Positions 24,980 to 33,373 of a DNA stretch of 40,581 bases are shown in pieces. The stretch comes from Eubacteriales bacterium (GTDB lineage: Bacteria; Bacillota; Clostridia; Oscillospirales; CAG-272). Both the position numbers and the translations under genes were made by a program. How positions within the stretch are numbered: position 1 is the first letter of the stretch; each line of letters opens with the position of its first letter. The notes beneath the pieces are model-generated. The model had not been told where the DNA came from, searched no databases, and worked only from the letters and a program-made list of their open reading frames with translations. The DNA is taken from the NCBI GenBank assembly GCA_045117555.1, contig JBGUNW010000178.1, positions 1-40,581 on the forward strand, written 5' to 3'.

Positions 24980-26377
24980 ATGCAATCCCGTTTGTCAATT
25001 TCCGCATTCAAAAGCTGTTCGGTGGTGGGGTTGGGCGTTTCCAACCTTCCGCTGGTCCGGTTTCTTTCCGGCCGGGGGATGCGCCTTGTGGCGCGCGATG
25101 AAAAAAGCGAGGCCGAGCTCGGAGAAGGCGCCGCGCAGATCCGCGCGCTCGGCGCACGACTGATTGCCGGCGGGAACTATTTGCAAGACCTGAACGAGGA
25201 GCTGATTTTCCGCTCGCCGGGAATGCGCCCCGATCTGCCGGAGTTTTCCCGCGCCGTGGCGCAGGGAAGCCGACTGACCACCGAGATCGAATGTTTTTTG
25301 GAAAATTCCCCGGCGCTTACGCTGGGCATTACCGGGAGCGACGGCAAAACCACCACCACGACCCTGACCGGCCTGTTTTTGGAGGAGGAACGAAAGCGCA
25401 AAAACGGCGGGCGTGTCTTTGTGGGCGGCAACATCGGAAAACCGCTGTTGCCGGAAATAACGGCCATGACCGAAAGGGATTTCGCGGTGGTGGAGCTTTC
25501 CAGCTTCCAGTTGCAGGGGTGCGGGTTTTCGCCCGACCGCGCGGCGATCACCAATCTTTCCCCCAACCACTTAAACTGGCATACCGATATGGCCGAATAC
25601 ATTGCCGCGAAGACCGAAATTTTCAAGCACGCGCGGTGTAAATCGTTGGTGCTGAACGCCGATAACGAATTGACCGCGGCGCTTGCGAAAAACACATCGG
25701 TTTCGGTTACCCTTTTTTCCCGCCACGGGCGGCCGAAGGGGACCGAAAAATGCGTTTTCGTGCGGGACGGGATGATTTTTTCCGACTTCGGAGCCGGAGA
25801 GGAGCGCGTTTTGCCGGCTGCCGATATCCGTTTGCCGGGCAAACACAACCTGGAAAATTATCTTGCCGCGATCGCCCTGACCGAAGGGCTGGTATCGCCG
25901 GAGAGTATTGCCGCGGTGGCAAAAACCTTCGGCGGTGTGGAGCACCGGCTGCAAATGATCCGAACGGTGGGCGGCGTGACCTATTACAACAGTTCCATCG
26001 ATTCCACCCCCACGCGCACGCGCGCCGCGCTTTCCGCGCTTGCCGGGCAGGGCGTTCGCCCCGTCGTGATCTGCGGGGGCTACGACAAGCATCTTTCCTA
26101 CGCACCGCTTGCCGAGGCGTTGGAGCTTTACGCCAAAGCCGCGGTGCTCACCGGGCAAACGGCAAACGCCATTGCCGGGGAGATCGCCGGGTGCAATTCC
26201 GCTTTTCCGTTTTGGATTGAGCCGGAGTTCCGCGCCGCCGTGGAAAAAGCAAAAGAACTTGCAAAACCGGGCGACGTCGTCCTGCTTTCTCCCGCCTGCG
26301 CCAGCTTTGACGCTTTTCGCAATTTTGCCGAGCGCGGCGAAACGTTTTGTAAAATCGTAAACGAATTTTCAGAATAA
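24980..26377 (+). CDS. murD: UDP-N-acetylmuramoylalanine--D-glutamate ligase
   Basis: Mur ligase P-loop GITGSDGKTTTTTL, Rossmann-like N-terminus VVGLGVSN, and C-terminal GDVVLLSPACASFD. Confidence 0.93.
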   Translation: MQSRLSISAFKSCSVVGLGVSNLPLVRFLSGRGMRLVARDEKSEAELGEGAAQIRALGARLIAGGNYLQDLNEELIFRSPGMRPDLPEFSRAVAQGSRLTTEIECFLENSPALTLGITGSDGKTTTTTLTGLFLEEERKRKNGGRVFVGGNIGKPLLPEITAMTERDFAVVELSSFQLQGCGFSPDRAAITNLSPNHLNWHTDMAEYIAAKTEIFKHARCKSLVLNADNELTAALAKNTSVSVTLFSRHGRPKGTEKCVFVRDGMIFSDFGAGEERVLPAADIRLPGKHNLENYLAAIALTEGLVSPESIAAVAKTFGGVEHRLQMIRTVGGVTYYNSSIDSTPTRTRAALSALAGQGVRPVVICGGYDKHLSYAPLAEALELYAKAAVLTGQTANAIAGEIAGCNSAFPFWIEPEFRAAVEKAKELAKPGDVVLLSPACASFDAFRNFAERGETFCKIVNEFSE

Positions 26378-26404
26378 ATAAGGAAGTAAAAAAGAGGTAC
26401 AATC

Positions 26405-27661
26405 ATGCAGTTTCCGGAAGCACTCTCCGCCCTTGCCGCAAAGGCCGAAACCGCGCTTGCCGCGCGGTTTGCCGAAATCGACGCGGTTTCGTTTGTCAAT
26501 ACCAACCGGGTCATGGATTCTTTCCGCGCCCACCGGGTGTCGGATTCCCTGTTCCAATCCAGCAGCGGGTACGGCCACGGCGATAAAGGGCGGGAAACGC
26601 TGGATCTGATCTTTGCCGAGTTGATGGGCACCGAGGCGGCTTTCGTGCGGCACACCGTTACCAGCGGCACGCACGCGCTCACCATCGGGCTGTTCGGGTT
26701 GCTCCGCCCGGGCGACGTACTTTATTCGGTTGCCGGAAAACCCTACGACACGCTGGAAGAGGTCATCGGCATTGCCGGCGGAAGCGGCAACGGCTCGCTT
26801 GCCGATTTCGGCGTTTCCTACCGGCAGACCGACCTGGACGAAACAGGAAATTTCCGCACAGCCGAGATTCTGGAAACCCTGCGGAAGGTGCCGAACGTCA
26901 AAGTAGTGTTTATTCAACGCTCCAAAGGATACCTCAACCGCAAAACGTTGAGCGTTGGGCAGATCGGGGAGCTGATCGCCGCCGTGCGAAGCGTGAAAAA
27001 AGACGTTTTCGTGATGGTGGACAACTGCTACGGCGAATTTGTGGAGGACCGCGAGCCGGGGCACGTGGGCGCCGATCTTGTGATCGGATCGCTCATCAAG
27101 AATCCCGGCGGCGGAATGGCCGAAAGCGGCGCCTACCTTGCCGGAACGGCACTCGCCGTGGAGCTGGCAAGCTACCGTCTTACCTCGGTGGGCGTGGGCG
27201 TCGAACAGGGAGCGACCCTGGGACAGAACAAATCGCTTTACAAGGGGCTTTTCTACGCGCCGCACACGGTTGCGCAGGCGTTGAAAACCGCCTGCCTTGC
27301 CGCCTATATTTTTGAAAAGCTCGGCTATACCGTCGAGCCGAAATGGGACGCGCCGCGGTACGATATTATCCAAATGGTGCAAACCGGCTCGGCCGAGGGG
27401 CTTTGCGCGTTCTGCCGCGGCATTCAGAAGGGCAGCCCGGTGGACGCTTTCGTTACCCCCGAGCCATGGGAAATGCCCGGATACTCCGACCGCGTGATCA
27501 TGGCGGCGGGCGGATTTACGCAGGGAAGTTCGATCGAGCTTTCGGCGGACGGGCCTTTGCGCGCCCCCTTTACGGCCTATTTTCAGGGCGGCCTGACCTA
27601 CGAGAGCGGAAAGCTCGGCATTCTTTCGGCGGCGGCGGAAATGCTTGCGCTCAAATCATAA
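26405..27661 (+). CDS. ynbB: Methionine gamma-lyase-family PLP protein (YnbB / 'aluminium resistance protein' family)
   Basis: 418 aa. The N-terminal pattern ...FRAHRVSDSLFQSSSGYGHGDKGRETLD and SLIKNPGGG match my memory of this family. Confidence 0.8.
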   Translation: MQFPEALSALAAKAETALAARFAEIDAVSFVNTNRVMDSFRAHRVSDSLFQSSSGYGHGDKGRETLDLIFAELMGTEAAFVRHTVTSGTHALTIGLFGLLRPGDVLYSVAGKPYDTLEEVIGIAGGSGNGSLADFGVSYRQTDLDETGNFRTAEILETLRKVPNVKVVFIQRSKGYLNRKTLSVGQIGELIAAVRSVKKDVFVMVDNCYGEFVEDREPGHVGADLVIGSLIKNPGGGMAESGAYLAGTALAVELASYRLTSVGVGVEQGATLGQNKSLYKGLFYAPHTVAQALKTACLAAYIFEKLGYTVEPKWDAPRYDIIQMVQTGSAEGLCAFCRGIQKGSPVDAFVTPEPWEMPGYSDRVIMAAGGFTQGSSIELSADGPLRAPFTAYFQGGLTYESGKLGILSAAAEMLALKS

Positions 27662-27673
27662 GGAGAAAAAGAT

Positions 27674-28759
27674 ATGAAATTGTTGAAACGGTGCGCGGGA
27701 TTTTTGCTGGCGATCCTTCTTTTGTCGGCAACGCTGGCTTCCTGCGTGAAAAAGGAAAACGACGCGCCGGACGGCATGATGGTCGCCTCGGCCGCCGGAG
27801 CCGATTATTTGCTCTATGTTCCCACCACGTGGAACCTGAACACCTACTACGGCGTTTCGGGCGCTTACCGCGACGCAACGGCGCAATCTTCGGTCAGCGT
27901 GCAGAAATATTCGTCGGCCGCATTCGAGAGCGCCGAAGGCGAAAACCGCAACGCCCTGTATTGGGAAACCGTGCTGCTGCCGCAAATTCAAAGCCGGGCG
28001 CTGAACGGCGAGGTAAACGCCTACGCCGCTGACGAAGCCCACGCCGCGCACGCAATGTTTCTGGGCGGTACGGCGGCCGAATACCGCCACGTCACCGTGC
28101 TGGTGCCCACCCGCGAAGGGGAGCGGGCCACGCTGCATTTCGTAACGGTGGTTGCCGAGCGGAAGGGATATTTCTATGTCCTTTCCTATGCCGGAACCGA
28201 GGAGGCGTACAAGCTCTCCGAGCCGGATCTGGATAAGATTTTGACCGAGTTTGCTTTTGCCGATACCCCCTATACGCCTTCCAAAACGGCGTGGATTCCC
28301 GCCAAGGTGACCGCCCCCGAGGGAATGCGGGTCGCCTCTTCGGACGAGGTGGCCTTCCGCTTTTTTGCCCCTGCCGACTGGAAGGTGGATTCCTACCAAC
28401 GCATCTTTGCCGCGGTGGAGCCGAACGACCGCTCCAACGTCAGCATGGTCGCTTATCTGCCCGTTGAGAGCGGAATGTCGGTGCCGGAGTTTCACAAAAT
28501 GACGCTGGATTTAATGGCCAAGGTTTCGGGCGCTGGTGCCTACGAAGCGCTCGCCGAAAAAGAGGGAACGCTGGGCGGGGTTACGGCAATGGATTACGAG
28601 TTTCGCTATACCGTCGGCGGCGTTGCCTACCACTACCGGCAGCTCGTTGCCACCTATCGCGGAATGTTCTATACCATGACCTATACCGCAACCGAGGAGC
28701 ACTTTGCCGAACACACGGCGCAGTTTGAAAGAATGGCGGCGGAACTGATCTTCCGTTAA
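27674..28759 (+). CDS. Lipoprotein of unknown function with two tandem homologous domains
   Basis: Signal peptide plus lipobox LLLSATLASC. The two halves align: APDGMMVAS...YLLYVPTTW...GYFYVLSYAGTEE versus APEGMRVAS...FRFFAPADW...GMFYTMTYTATEE. Confidence 0.8.
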   Translation: MKLLKRCAGFLLAILLLSATLASCVKKENDAPDGMMVASAAGADYLLYVPTTWNLNTYYGVSGAYRDATAQSSVSVQKYSSAAFESAEGENRNALYWETVLLPQIQSRALNGEVNAYAADEAHAAHAMFLGGTAAEYRHVTVLVPTREGERATLHFVTVVAERKGYFYVLSYAGTEEAYKLSEPDLDKILTEFAFADTPYTPSKTAWIPAKVTAPEGMRVASSDEVAFRFFAPADWKVDSYQRIFAAVEPNDRSNVSMVAYLPVESGMSVPEFHKMTLDLMAKVSGAGAYEALAEKEGTLGGVTAMDYEFRYTVGGVAYHYRQLVATYRGMFYTMTYTATEEHFAEHTAQFERMAAELIFR

Positions 28760-28771
28760 GAAAGAGAGACC

Positions 28772-29938
28772 ATGAAAGAGATTTATTTGGATAACAGCGC
28801 CACCACGGCGCTTTCCGCGGCGGCAAAAACGGCAATGACCGGGGCCATGGAGCTTTACGGCAACCCTTCCTCGCTCCACGCCGCGGGCAACCGGGCAAAG
28901 GAACTGCTGGAAAATTGCCGCAAAGAAATTGCTGCAACGCTGGGCGTTCGCCGGCCGGAACCGGGCGAGCTGATCTTTACCGGCGGCGGGAGCGAAGGGG
29001 ATAACCTTGCCGTGCTCGGCACGGCGCTTGCCAAACCGCGGCGCGCGGGCGGCAGAATTATCGCGTCAAATTCCGAACACCCCGGCGTGGAATCCGCGCT
29101 CCAATGGCTGGAAACGTGGGGATTCGAGGTGGTTCGCGTTCCGACGAGGGACGGCGTTTTGGATTTGGACTTTCTGCGCGCTTCGCTCAACGAAAAAACT
29201 TTTTTGGTCACGCTCATGTCGGTCAACAACGAAACCGGCGCGGTCTACCCGGTGGCCGAGGCGTTTTCCGTGGTCAAGGCCTACCGGGGCGATATTGTAA
29301 CGCATACCGACGCGGTGCAGGCCTATCTGCATCAGCCGCTCAACCTCAAAACCCTGAACGCCGACCTTGTTTCGGTCAGCGCGCACAAGATTCACGGCCC
29401 CAAAGGCGTGGGCGCGCTCTGGGCTTCGGCCCCGGCGCGCAAACGGCGCGATTTTTCGCCGGTGATCCTGGGCGGCGGGCAGGAGTACGGCTTCCGTTCG
29501 GGAACCGAAAACACCGTTGGTATTGCCGGTTTCGCGGCGGCGGCAAGAGAGGGATTTGCAAATCTTTCTTCCGATATTGAAAAGATGAAATCACTGCGCG
29601 ACCTAACCGCCGGACTGCTTGCCGCCCTGCCGGTGCGCGTCAATCTGCCCAAAGGGGAGCGCGCGCCCCACATTTTGAGCGTGACGGTTCCCGGCATTCG
29701 CTCTGAAACGCTTTTGCACGCGCTTTCCGCAAGGGGAATTTTCGTTTCCAATGGGTCGGCCTGCTCTTCGCACGCGGCTTCTCCCAGTGCGGCGCTTACG
29801 GCCTTCGGGCTTTCGCCGGCCGAGATCGGTTCCACGATCCGGGTCAGTTTTTGCGCGGAGAACTCCGAGGAGGACGTTCACGCGTTTGCGAACGCCTTGG
29901 GCGAGGAGATCGGCCGCCTCGTGCATATCCGATCATGA
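28772..29938 (+). CDS. nifS: Cysteine desulfurase (NifS/IscS class)
   Basis: PLP lysine SAHKIHGPKGVGAL and active-site loop SNGSACSS; 388 aa. Confidence 0.9.
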   Translation: MKEIYLDNSATTALSAAAKTAMTGAMELYGNPSSLHAAGNRAKELLENCRKEIAATLGVRRPEPGELIFTGGGSEGDNLAVLGTALAKPRRAGGRIIASNSEHPGVESALQWLETWGFEVVRVPTRDGVLDLDFLRASLNEKTFLVTLMSVNNETGAVYPVAEAFSVVKAYRGDIVTHTDAVQAYLHQPLNLKTLNADLVSVSAHKIHGPKGVGALWASAPARKRRDFSPVILGGGQEYGFRSGTENTVGIAGFAAAAREGFANLSSDIEKMKSLRDLTAGLLAALPVRVNLPKGERAPHILSVTVPGIRSETLLHALSARGIFVSNGSACSSHAASPSAALTAFGLSPAEIGSTIRVSFCAENSEEDVHAFANALGEEIGRLVHIRS

Positions 29939-29974
29939 AAAAAGGCGGACTTTTCCGTGGGAAAGTCCGCCTTT
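29938..29974. terminator. Bidirectional terminator between convergent nifS and asd
   Basis: 13-bp stem AAAGGCGGACTTT / AAAGTCCGCCTTT (29941-29953 / 29962-29974) with A/T flanks. Confidence 0.8.
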
Positions 29975-29988
29975 CATAAGGGCAACCG

Positions 29989-31074
29989 TCAATTAAAATA
30001 TCCTTCTCTGTAAAGCAGTTCGGCAATCAGCACCGCGCCGCCCGCCGCGCCGCGCAGCGTGTTGTGGGAAAGACCCACGAACTTGTAGTCAAACAGCGTA
30101 TCCTCGCGCAGTCTACCCGCCGAGATAGCCATACCGCCTTCCAGGTCGCGGTCCAGGCGCGCCTGCGGGCGGTTGTCTTCCTCAAAATAGTGAATGAACT
30201 GTTTGGGCGCGTGGGGAAGTTCCAATGCCTGCGGCTTGCCGGAAAAGTTTGCCCACGCTTCCAGAATTTCCTCTTTGGAGGGCTTGTTTTTGAATTTTAC
30301 GAATACCGCCGCCGTGTGGCCGTCCACCACGGGTACGCGAATGCATTGGGTGGTAATGACCGGCTTTTCGGCTTTCACAACAACGCCGTCCTTCACCGTT
30401 CCCCAAACGCGCAGCGGCTCCTGCTCGCTCTTTTCTTCCTCGCCGCCGATGAAGGGGATCACGTTATCCAGCATTTCGGGCCATTCGCGGAAGGTTTTGC
30501 CCGCGCCGGAAATGGCCTGATACGTGGTGGCAACCACTCCCTCGATTCCGTATTTGAGCAGAGGGGTCAGGAGCGGGACGTAGGATTGAATGGAGCAGTT
30601 GGGCTTGACGGCGATAAAGCCGCGCTTGGTGCCCAAGCGCTTGCGCTGATGCTCGATCACGGCAAGGTGAGAATCGTTGATTTCGGGGATCACCATGGGA
30701 ACGTCGGGCGTCCAGCGGTTTGCCGAGTTGTTGGAAACCACCGGGCATTCGGCTTTGGCGTAGGCCTCTTCCAGCGCCTTGATCTCTTCTTTTTTCATAT
30801 TGACCGCGCAGAAAACGAAGGAGCATTCCGCGGCTACGGCGGCAATGTCCGCCGCGTCTTTCACAATCATTTTTTTGTATTTTTCGGGCATGGGGATCGA
30901 GAGCTTCCAGCGGTCGCCCACCGCGGCCTCGTAGGTTTGCCCTGCCGAGCGGGCGGATGCCGCCAGCACCGAAACTTCAAAATAGGGGTGGTTCTCCAAA
31001 AGCGTCAGGAATCGCTGGCCGACCATACCCGTGGCGCCGATAACGCCCACTTTCATTTTTTGATTTGCTTCCAT
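29989..31074 (-). CDS. asd: Aspartate-semialdehyde dehydrogenase
   Basis: KVGVIGATGMVGQRF and active-site NCSIQSY. The start could alternatively be the ATG at 31056 (MKVGV...). Confidence 0.92.
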   Translation of the reverse strand: MEANQKMKVGVIGATGMVGQRFLTLLENHPYFEVSVLAASARSAGQTYEAAVGDRWKLSIPMPEKYKKMIVKDAADIAAVAAECSFVFCAVNMKKEEIKALEEAYAKAECPVVSNNSANRWTPDVPMVIPEINDSHLAVIEHQRKRLGTKRGFIAVKPNCSIQSYVPLLTPLLKYGIEGVVATTYQAISGAGKTFREWPEMLDNVIPFIGGEEEKSEQEPLRVWGTVKDGVVVKAEKPVITTQCIRVPVVDGHTAAVFVKFKNKPSKEEILEAWANFSGKPQALELPHAPKQFIHYFEEDNRPQARLDRDLEGGMAISAGRLREDTLFDYKFVGLSHNTLRGAAGGAVLIAELLYREGYFN

Positions 31075-31113
31075 TTGGAAAATGTCCTTTCAAGGAAAAA
31101 ATTTCTTTTTCAC

Positions 31114-31142
31114 ATTATACAATAAAATTTATAAAAATGCAA
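31114..31142 (-). promoter_or_regulatory. Sigma-A type promoter of asd
   Basis: Minus strand reads TTGCAT (31142-31137), a 17-nt spacer, then TATAAT (31119-31114). Confidence 0.65.
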
Positions 31143-31238
31143 GACCGGGAAATGTTTTTTTCATATTTTGGTAAAACCGTTAAGAAAAAACGCGTTTTTT
31201 TGCCGGTTTTTGAGAAGAACGCAAAAAAAGGAGCCGTT

Positions 31239-32363
31239 ATGAAACTGGATCTGGTTGCAACCTGTATGTTCGGATTGGAACGCCTTGTGGGTCAGGAGAT
31301 CGACGCGCTGGGCGGCCGCCGCACCGAAACGATGGACGGGAGAGTCTATTTTACCGGCGACGAGCAAACGCTCGTTCGCGCCAATCTGCGCCTGCGGTGC
31401 GCCGAGCGGGTGTTGATTTTGCTGGGTAAATTTCCGGCATTCTCGTTTGAAGAACTGTTTGAGGGCACCAAGGCGCTCCCTTGGGAAAACTGGATCGGGA
31501 AAGACGATGTCTTCCCGGTAACCGGTCACGCAGTCAAAAGCAAGCTCTTTTCGGTGCCGGATTGCCAAAAAATCATTAAAAAAGCCATCGTTGACCGTCT
31601 TTCCTCCAAATACGGAATGAAATGGTTTCCCGAAACGGGGGCAACCTACCGGGTGGAGTTTTTCCTGTTCAAGGACGTTGCCGCGCTGATGATCGATTCC
31701 AGTGGCACCGCCCTGCACAAACGCGGCTATCGCCCCGCGGCGGGCGTTGCCCCGTTGCGCGAAACGCTTGCGGCGGGAATGGTGCTATCCTCCCACCCGC
31801 GCGAGGATACCCTGATTTGGGACCCGATGTGCGGTTCGGGTACCATTGCCGTAGAGGCGGCAATGATCCACGCAAATATCGCGCCGGGGCTGAACCGCCG
31901 GTTTGCGGCCGAGGCCTTTTCGCAAATTCCCGCCGCGCTTTGGCAAACCAAGCGCGAGGTGGCGAAAAGCGAGATCAAACCGGGAACGGGCGAAACCGTT
32001 TGGGCCTCCGACATTGACGGCGAAGTGCTTGCCGTTGCCGAAGAAAATGCGGCCCGTGCCGGCGTGAAGGATCAAATTCGCATTTTCTCCGCCGACGCGC
32101 GCACCATTCAAAAGCCCGATCGTCGCGGCACGATCATTTGCAACCCGCCCTACGGCGAGCGGCTGATGACCCCTGCCGAGGCCGAGGAACTTTACCGCGC
32201 AATGGGAAAGAATTTTGCCAAGTTCGATCCGTGGCAAATCTATATCATTACCTCGCACCCGCAGTTTGAAAAGCTGTACGGCCGCCGCGCCGATAAAATT
32301 CTGCGGCAGTACAACGGTATGATTCCCTGTTTTCTTTACGAATTTTTCAAGCCGAAACGCTGA
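31239..32363 (+). CDS. THUMP-domain class I SAM-dependent RNA methyltransferase (RlmL/YpsC-like)
   Basis: The ATG at 31239 follows AAGGAG. Motifs DPMCGSGTI (SAM binding) and NPPYGERL (catalytic). The track ORF start at 31065 lies within the asd promoter region. Confidence 0.88.
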   Translation: MKLDLVATCMFGLERLVGQEIDALGGRRTETMDGRVYFTGDEQTLVRANLRLRCAERVLILLGKFPAFSFEELFEGTKALPWENWIGKDDVFPVTGHAVKSKLFSVPDCQKIIKKAIVDRLSSKYGMKWFPETGATYRVEFFLFKDVAALMIDSSGTALHKRGYRPAAGVAPLRETLAAGMVLSSHPREDTLIWDPMCGSGTIAVEAAMIHANIAPGLNRRFAAEAFSQIPAALWQTKREVAKSEIKPGTGETVWASDIDGEVLAVAEENAARAGVKDQIRIFSADARTIQKPDRRGTIICNPPYGERLMTPAEAEELYRAMGKNFAKFDPWQIYIITSHPQFEKLYGRRADKILRQYNGMIPCFLYEFFKPKR

Positions 32364-32368
32364 TTTTT

Positions 32369-32396
32369 GCCGCCCCCGGAAGGGGGCGGCTTTTTT
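32369..32396 (+). terminator. Rho-independent terminator of the methyltransferase gene
   Basis: GCCGCCCCC-GGAA-GGGGGCGGC followed by TTTTTT. Confidence 0.85.
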
Positions 32397-32398
32397 GT

Positions 32399-32428
32399 TC
32401 ATATCGGACAGCCGCCGGCGCATAGAAT
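32399..32428 (+). promoter_or_regulatory. Possible sporulation sigma-E-type promoter
   Basis: TCATATC (32399-32405), 15 nt, then CATAGAAT (32421-32428), compared with the B. subtilis SigE consensus kmATATT / CATACAhT as I recall it. No good sigma-A match is present here. Confidence 0.3.
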
Positions 32429-32459
32429 AAACGGTATTTCGGGTAAAAAGGAGAATTCT

Positions 32460-33053
32460 ATGCGGCGCATTCCATTGCCGAAACTGCGTATCGACCCCAT
32501 TGCGGCCGTCGTCTTTTTGGGGTTGCTTTTTACCGAGCGGACCGAAACGGTTTGCGCGCTCGGCTTGTCTGTGGCGGTGCACGAGGCGGGACATCTGCTC
32601 GCGGCGCGCGCGCTCGGAATTCGGGTGGAAAAAATCAAATTCGGCTTGCTCGGCGCGCGTATCGGCGTTTCCGGCCTGCAATCCTACAAAAAAGAAGGGT
32701 TGCTTGCCGCGGCGGGCCCGGCCGCAAGCTTCCTTTGCGCCGCGGCGGTCTTTCCGTTTTCAAAGATCGGCTTTTTCGGGCAAGTCTGCGCTCTTTCGCT
32801 GATTTTGGGCGTTTTGAACCTGCTCCCCATTCAAACGTTCGACGGTGGACGATTGGCCGACTGTCTGCTTTCTTCAAAGCTGGGCGCCGTGCGCGCAGAG
32901 CGAATTTTGCGCGCGGTTTCGTTCGCTTTTTTAACGCTTTTGTGGTGTTTTTCAGTCTACCTGCTCCTGCGGGCCGGCAGCGGCATTTCCTGGCTTGGGT
33001 TTTCGGCCGGGTTGCTTTTGCGCTTTTTTGAGGGAAACGGGTCGATTTTCTGA
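32460..33053 (+). CDS. Small M50-family (site-2 protease / SpoIVFB-like) membrane metalloprotease
   Basis: The ATG at 32460 follows AAAAGGAG. It has the HEAGH zinc motif within a TM helix and a second motif NLLPIQTFDGGR; about 5 hydrophobic segments; 197 aa with no CBS/PDZ domain. Confidence 0.8.
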   Translation: MRRIPLPKLRIDPIAAVVFLGLLFTERTETVCALGLSVAVHEAGHLLAARALGIRVEKIKFGLLGARIGVSGLQSYKKEGLLAAAGPAASFLCAAAVFPFSKIGFFGQVCALSLILGVLNLLPIQTFDGGRLADCLLSSKLGAVRAERILRAVSFAFLTLLWCFSVYLLLRAGSGISWLGFSAGLLLRFFEGNGSIF

Positions 33054-33080
33054 AACGCCGAACTTGTCGTTTTTAAAGAA

Positions 33081-33120
33081 AAACGGAGCAAAACGGAGAA
33101 AAGCGGAGCAAAGCTGGAAA
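33081..33120. repeat. Four tandem decamers AAACGGAGCA / AAACGGAGAA / AAGCGGAGCA / AAGCTGGAAA
   Basis: Read directly from the sequence with a period of exactly 10 bp, 85-125 bp upstream of the pot -35 element. Confidence 0.85.
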
Positions 33121-33203
33121 AATTGTGAGAAAAATGCAATGGATACAAATTAGTTGCGGATAATTGTGAAAAATAACAAAATTTGATTTTTTTTGAAAAA
33201 CTA

Positions 33204-33232
33204 TTGCAATTCCAAAACATATCTGCTACAAT
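33204..33232 (+). promoter_or_regulatory. Sigma-A type promoter of potABCD
   Basis: TTGCAA (33204-33209), a 17-nt spacer, then TGC-TACAAT (33227-33232). Confidence 0.7.
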
Positions 33233-33239
33233 ATATGCG

Positions 33240-33373
33240 GAATTTGCGCACAACGTGCCGAAAGCCGAGGAAAAACGGGAACTTTACCCTCGTTTTTCCG
33301 GAGAATCCGATGGCGGGTAAAGTCATGCATTTCCATGAATATTTTTTTGTGAAAAAAGGAGTATTTATGTGGA
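33240..33373 (+). promoter_or_regulatory. Structured 5' leader of potABCD (hairpin, possible pseudoknot, upstream ORF, weak hairpin + U7)
   Basis: Hairpin GGAAAAACG / CGTTTTTCC (33269-33277 / 33291-33299). Loop ACTTTACCC (33281-33289) is complementary to GGGTAAAGT (33315-33323). GGAG plus ATG 33310 opens a uORF. TCATG-N6-CATGA followed by T7 lies at 33323-33348. Confidence 0.45.

Noticed and set aside
33310-33324. The pot uORF begins MAG..., like the eukaryotic polyamine-sensing AdoMetDC uORF peptide MAGDIS.
   Set aside because: A three-residue identity has no statistical weight. It is noted only as a curiosity and is not used as evidence.
33121-33355. TTGTGA(A/G) half-sites (33123, 33164, 33346), considered as Rex operators because rex is in the window.
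   Set aside because: None has the inverted partner (TTCACAA or TTAACAA) at the required 4-6 nt spacing. The window contains only half-site matches.
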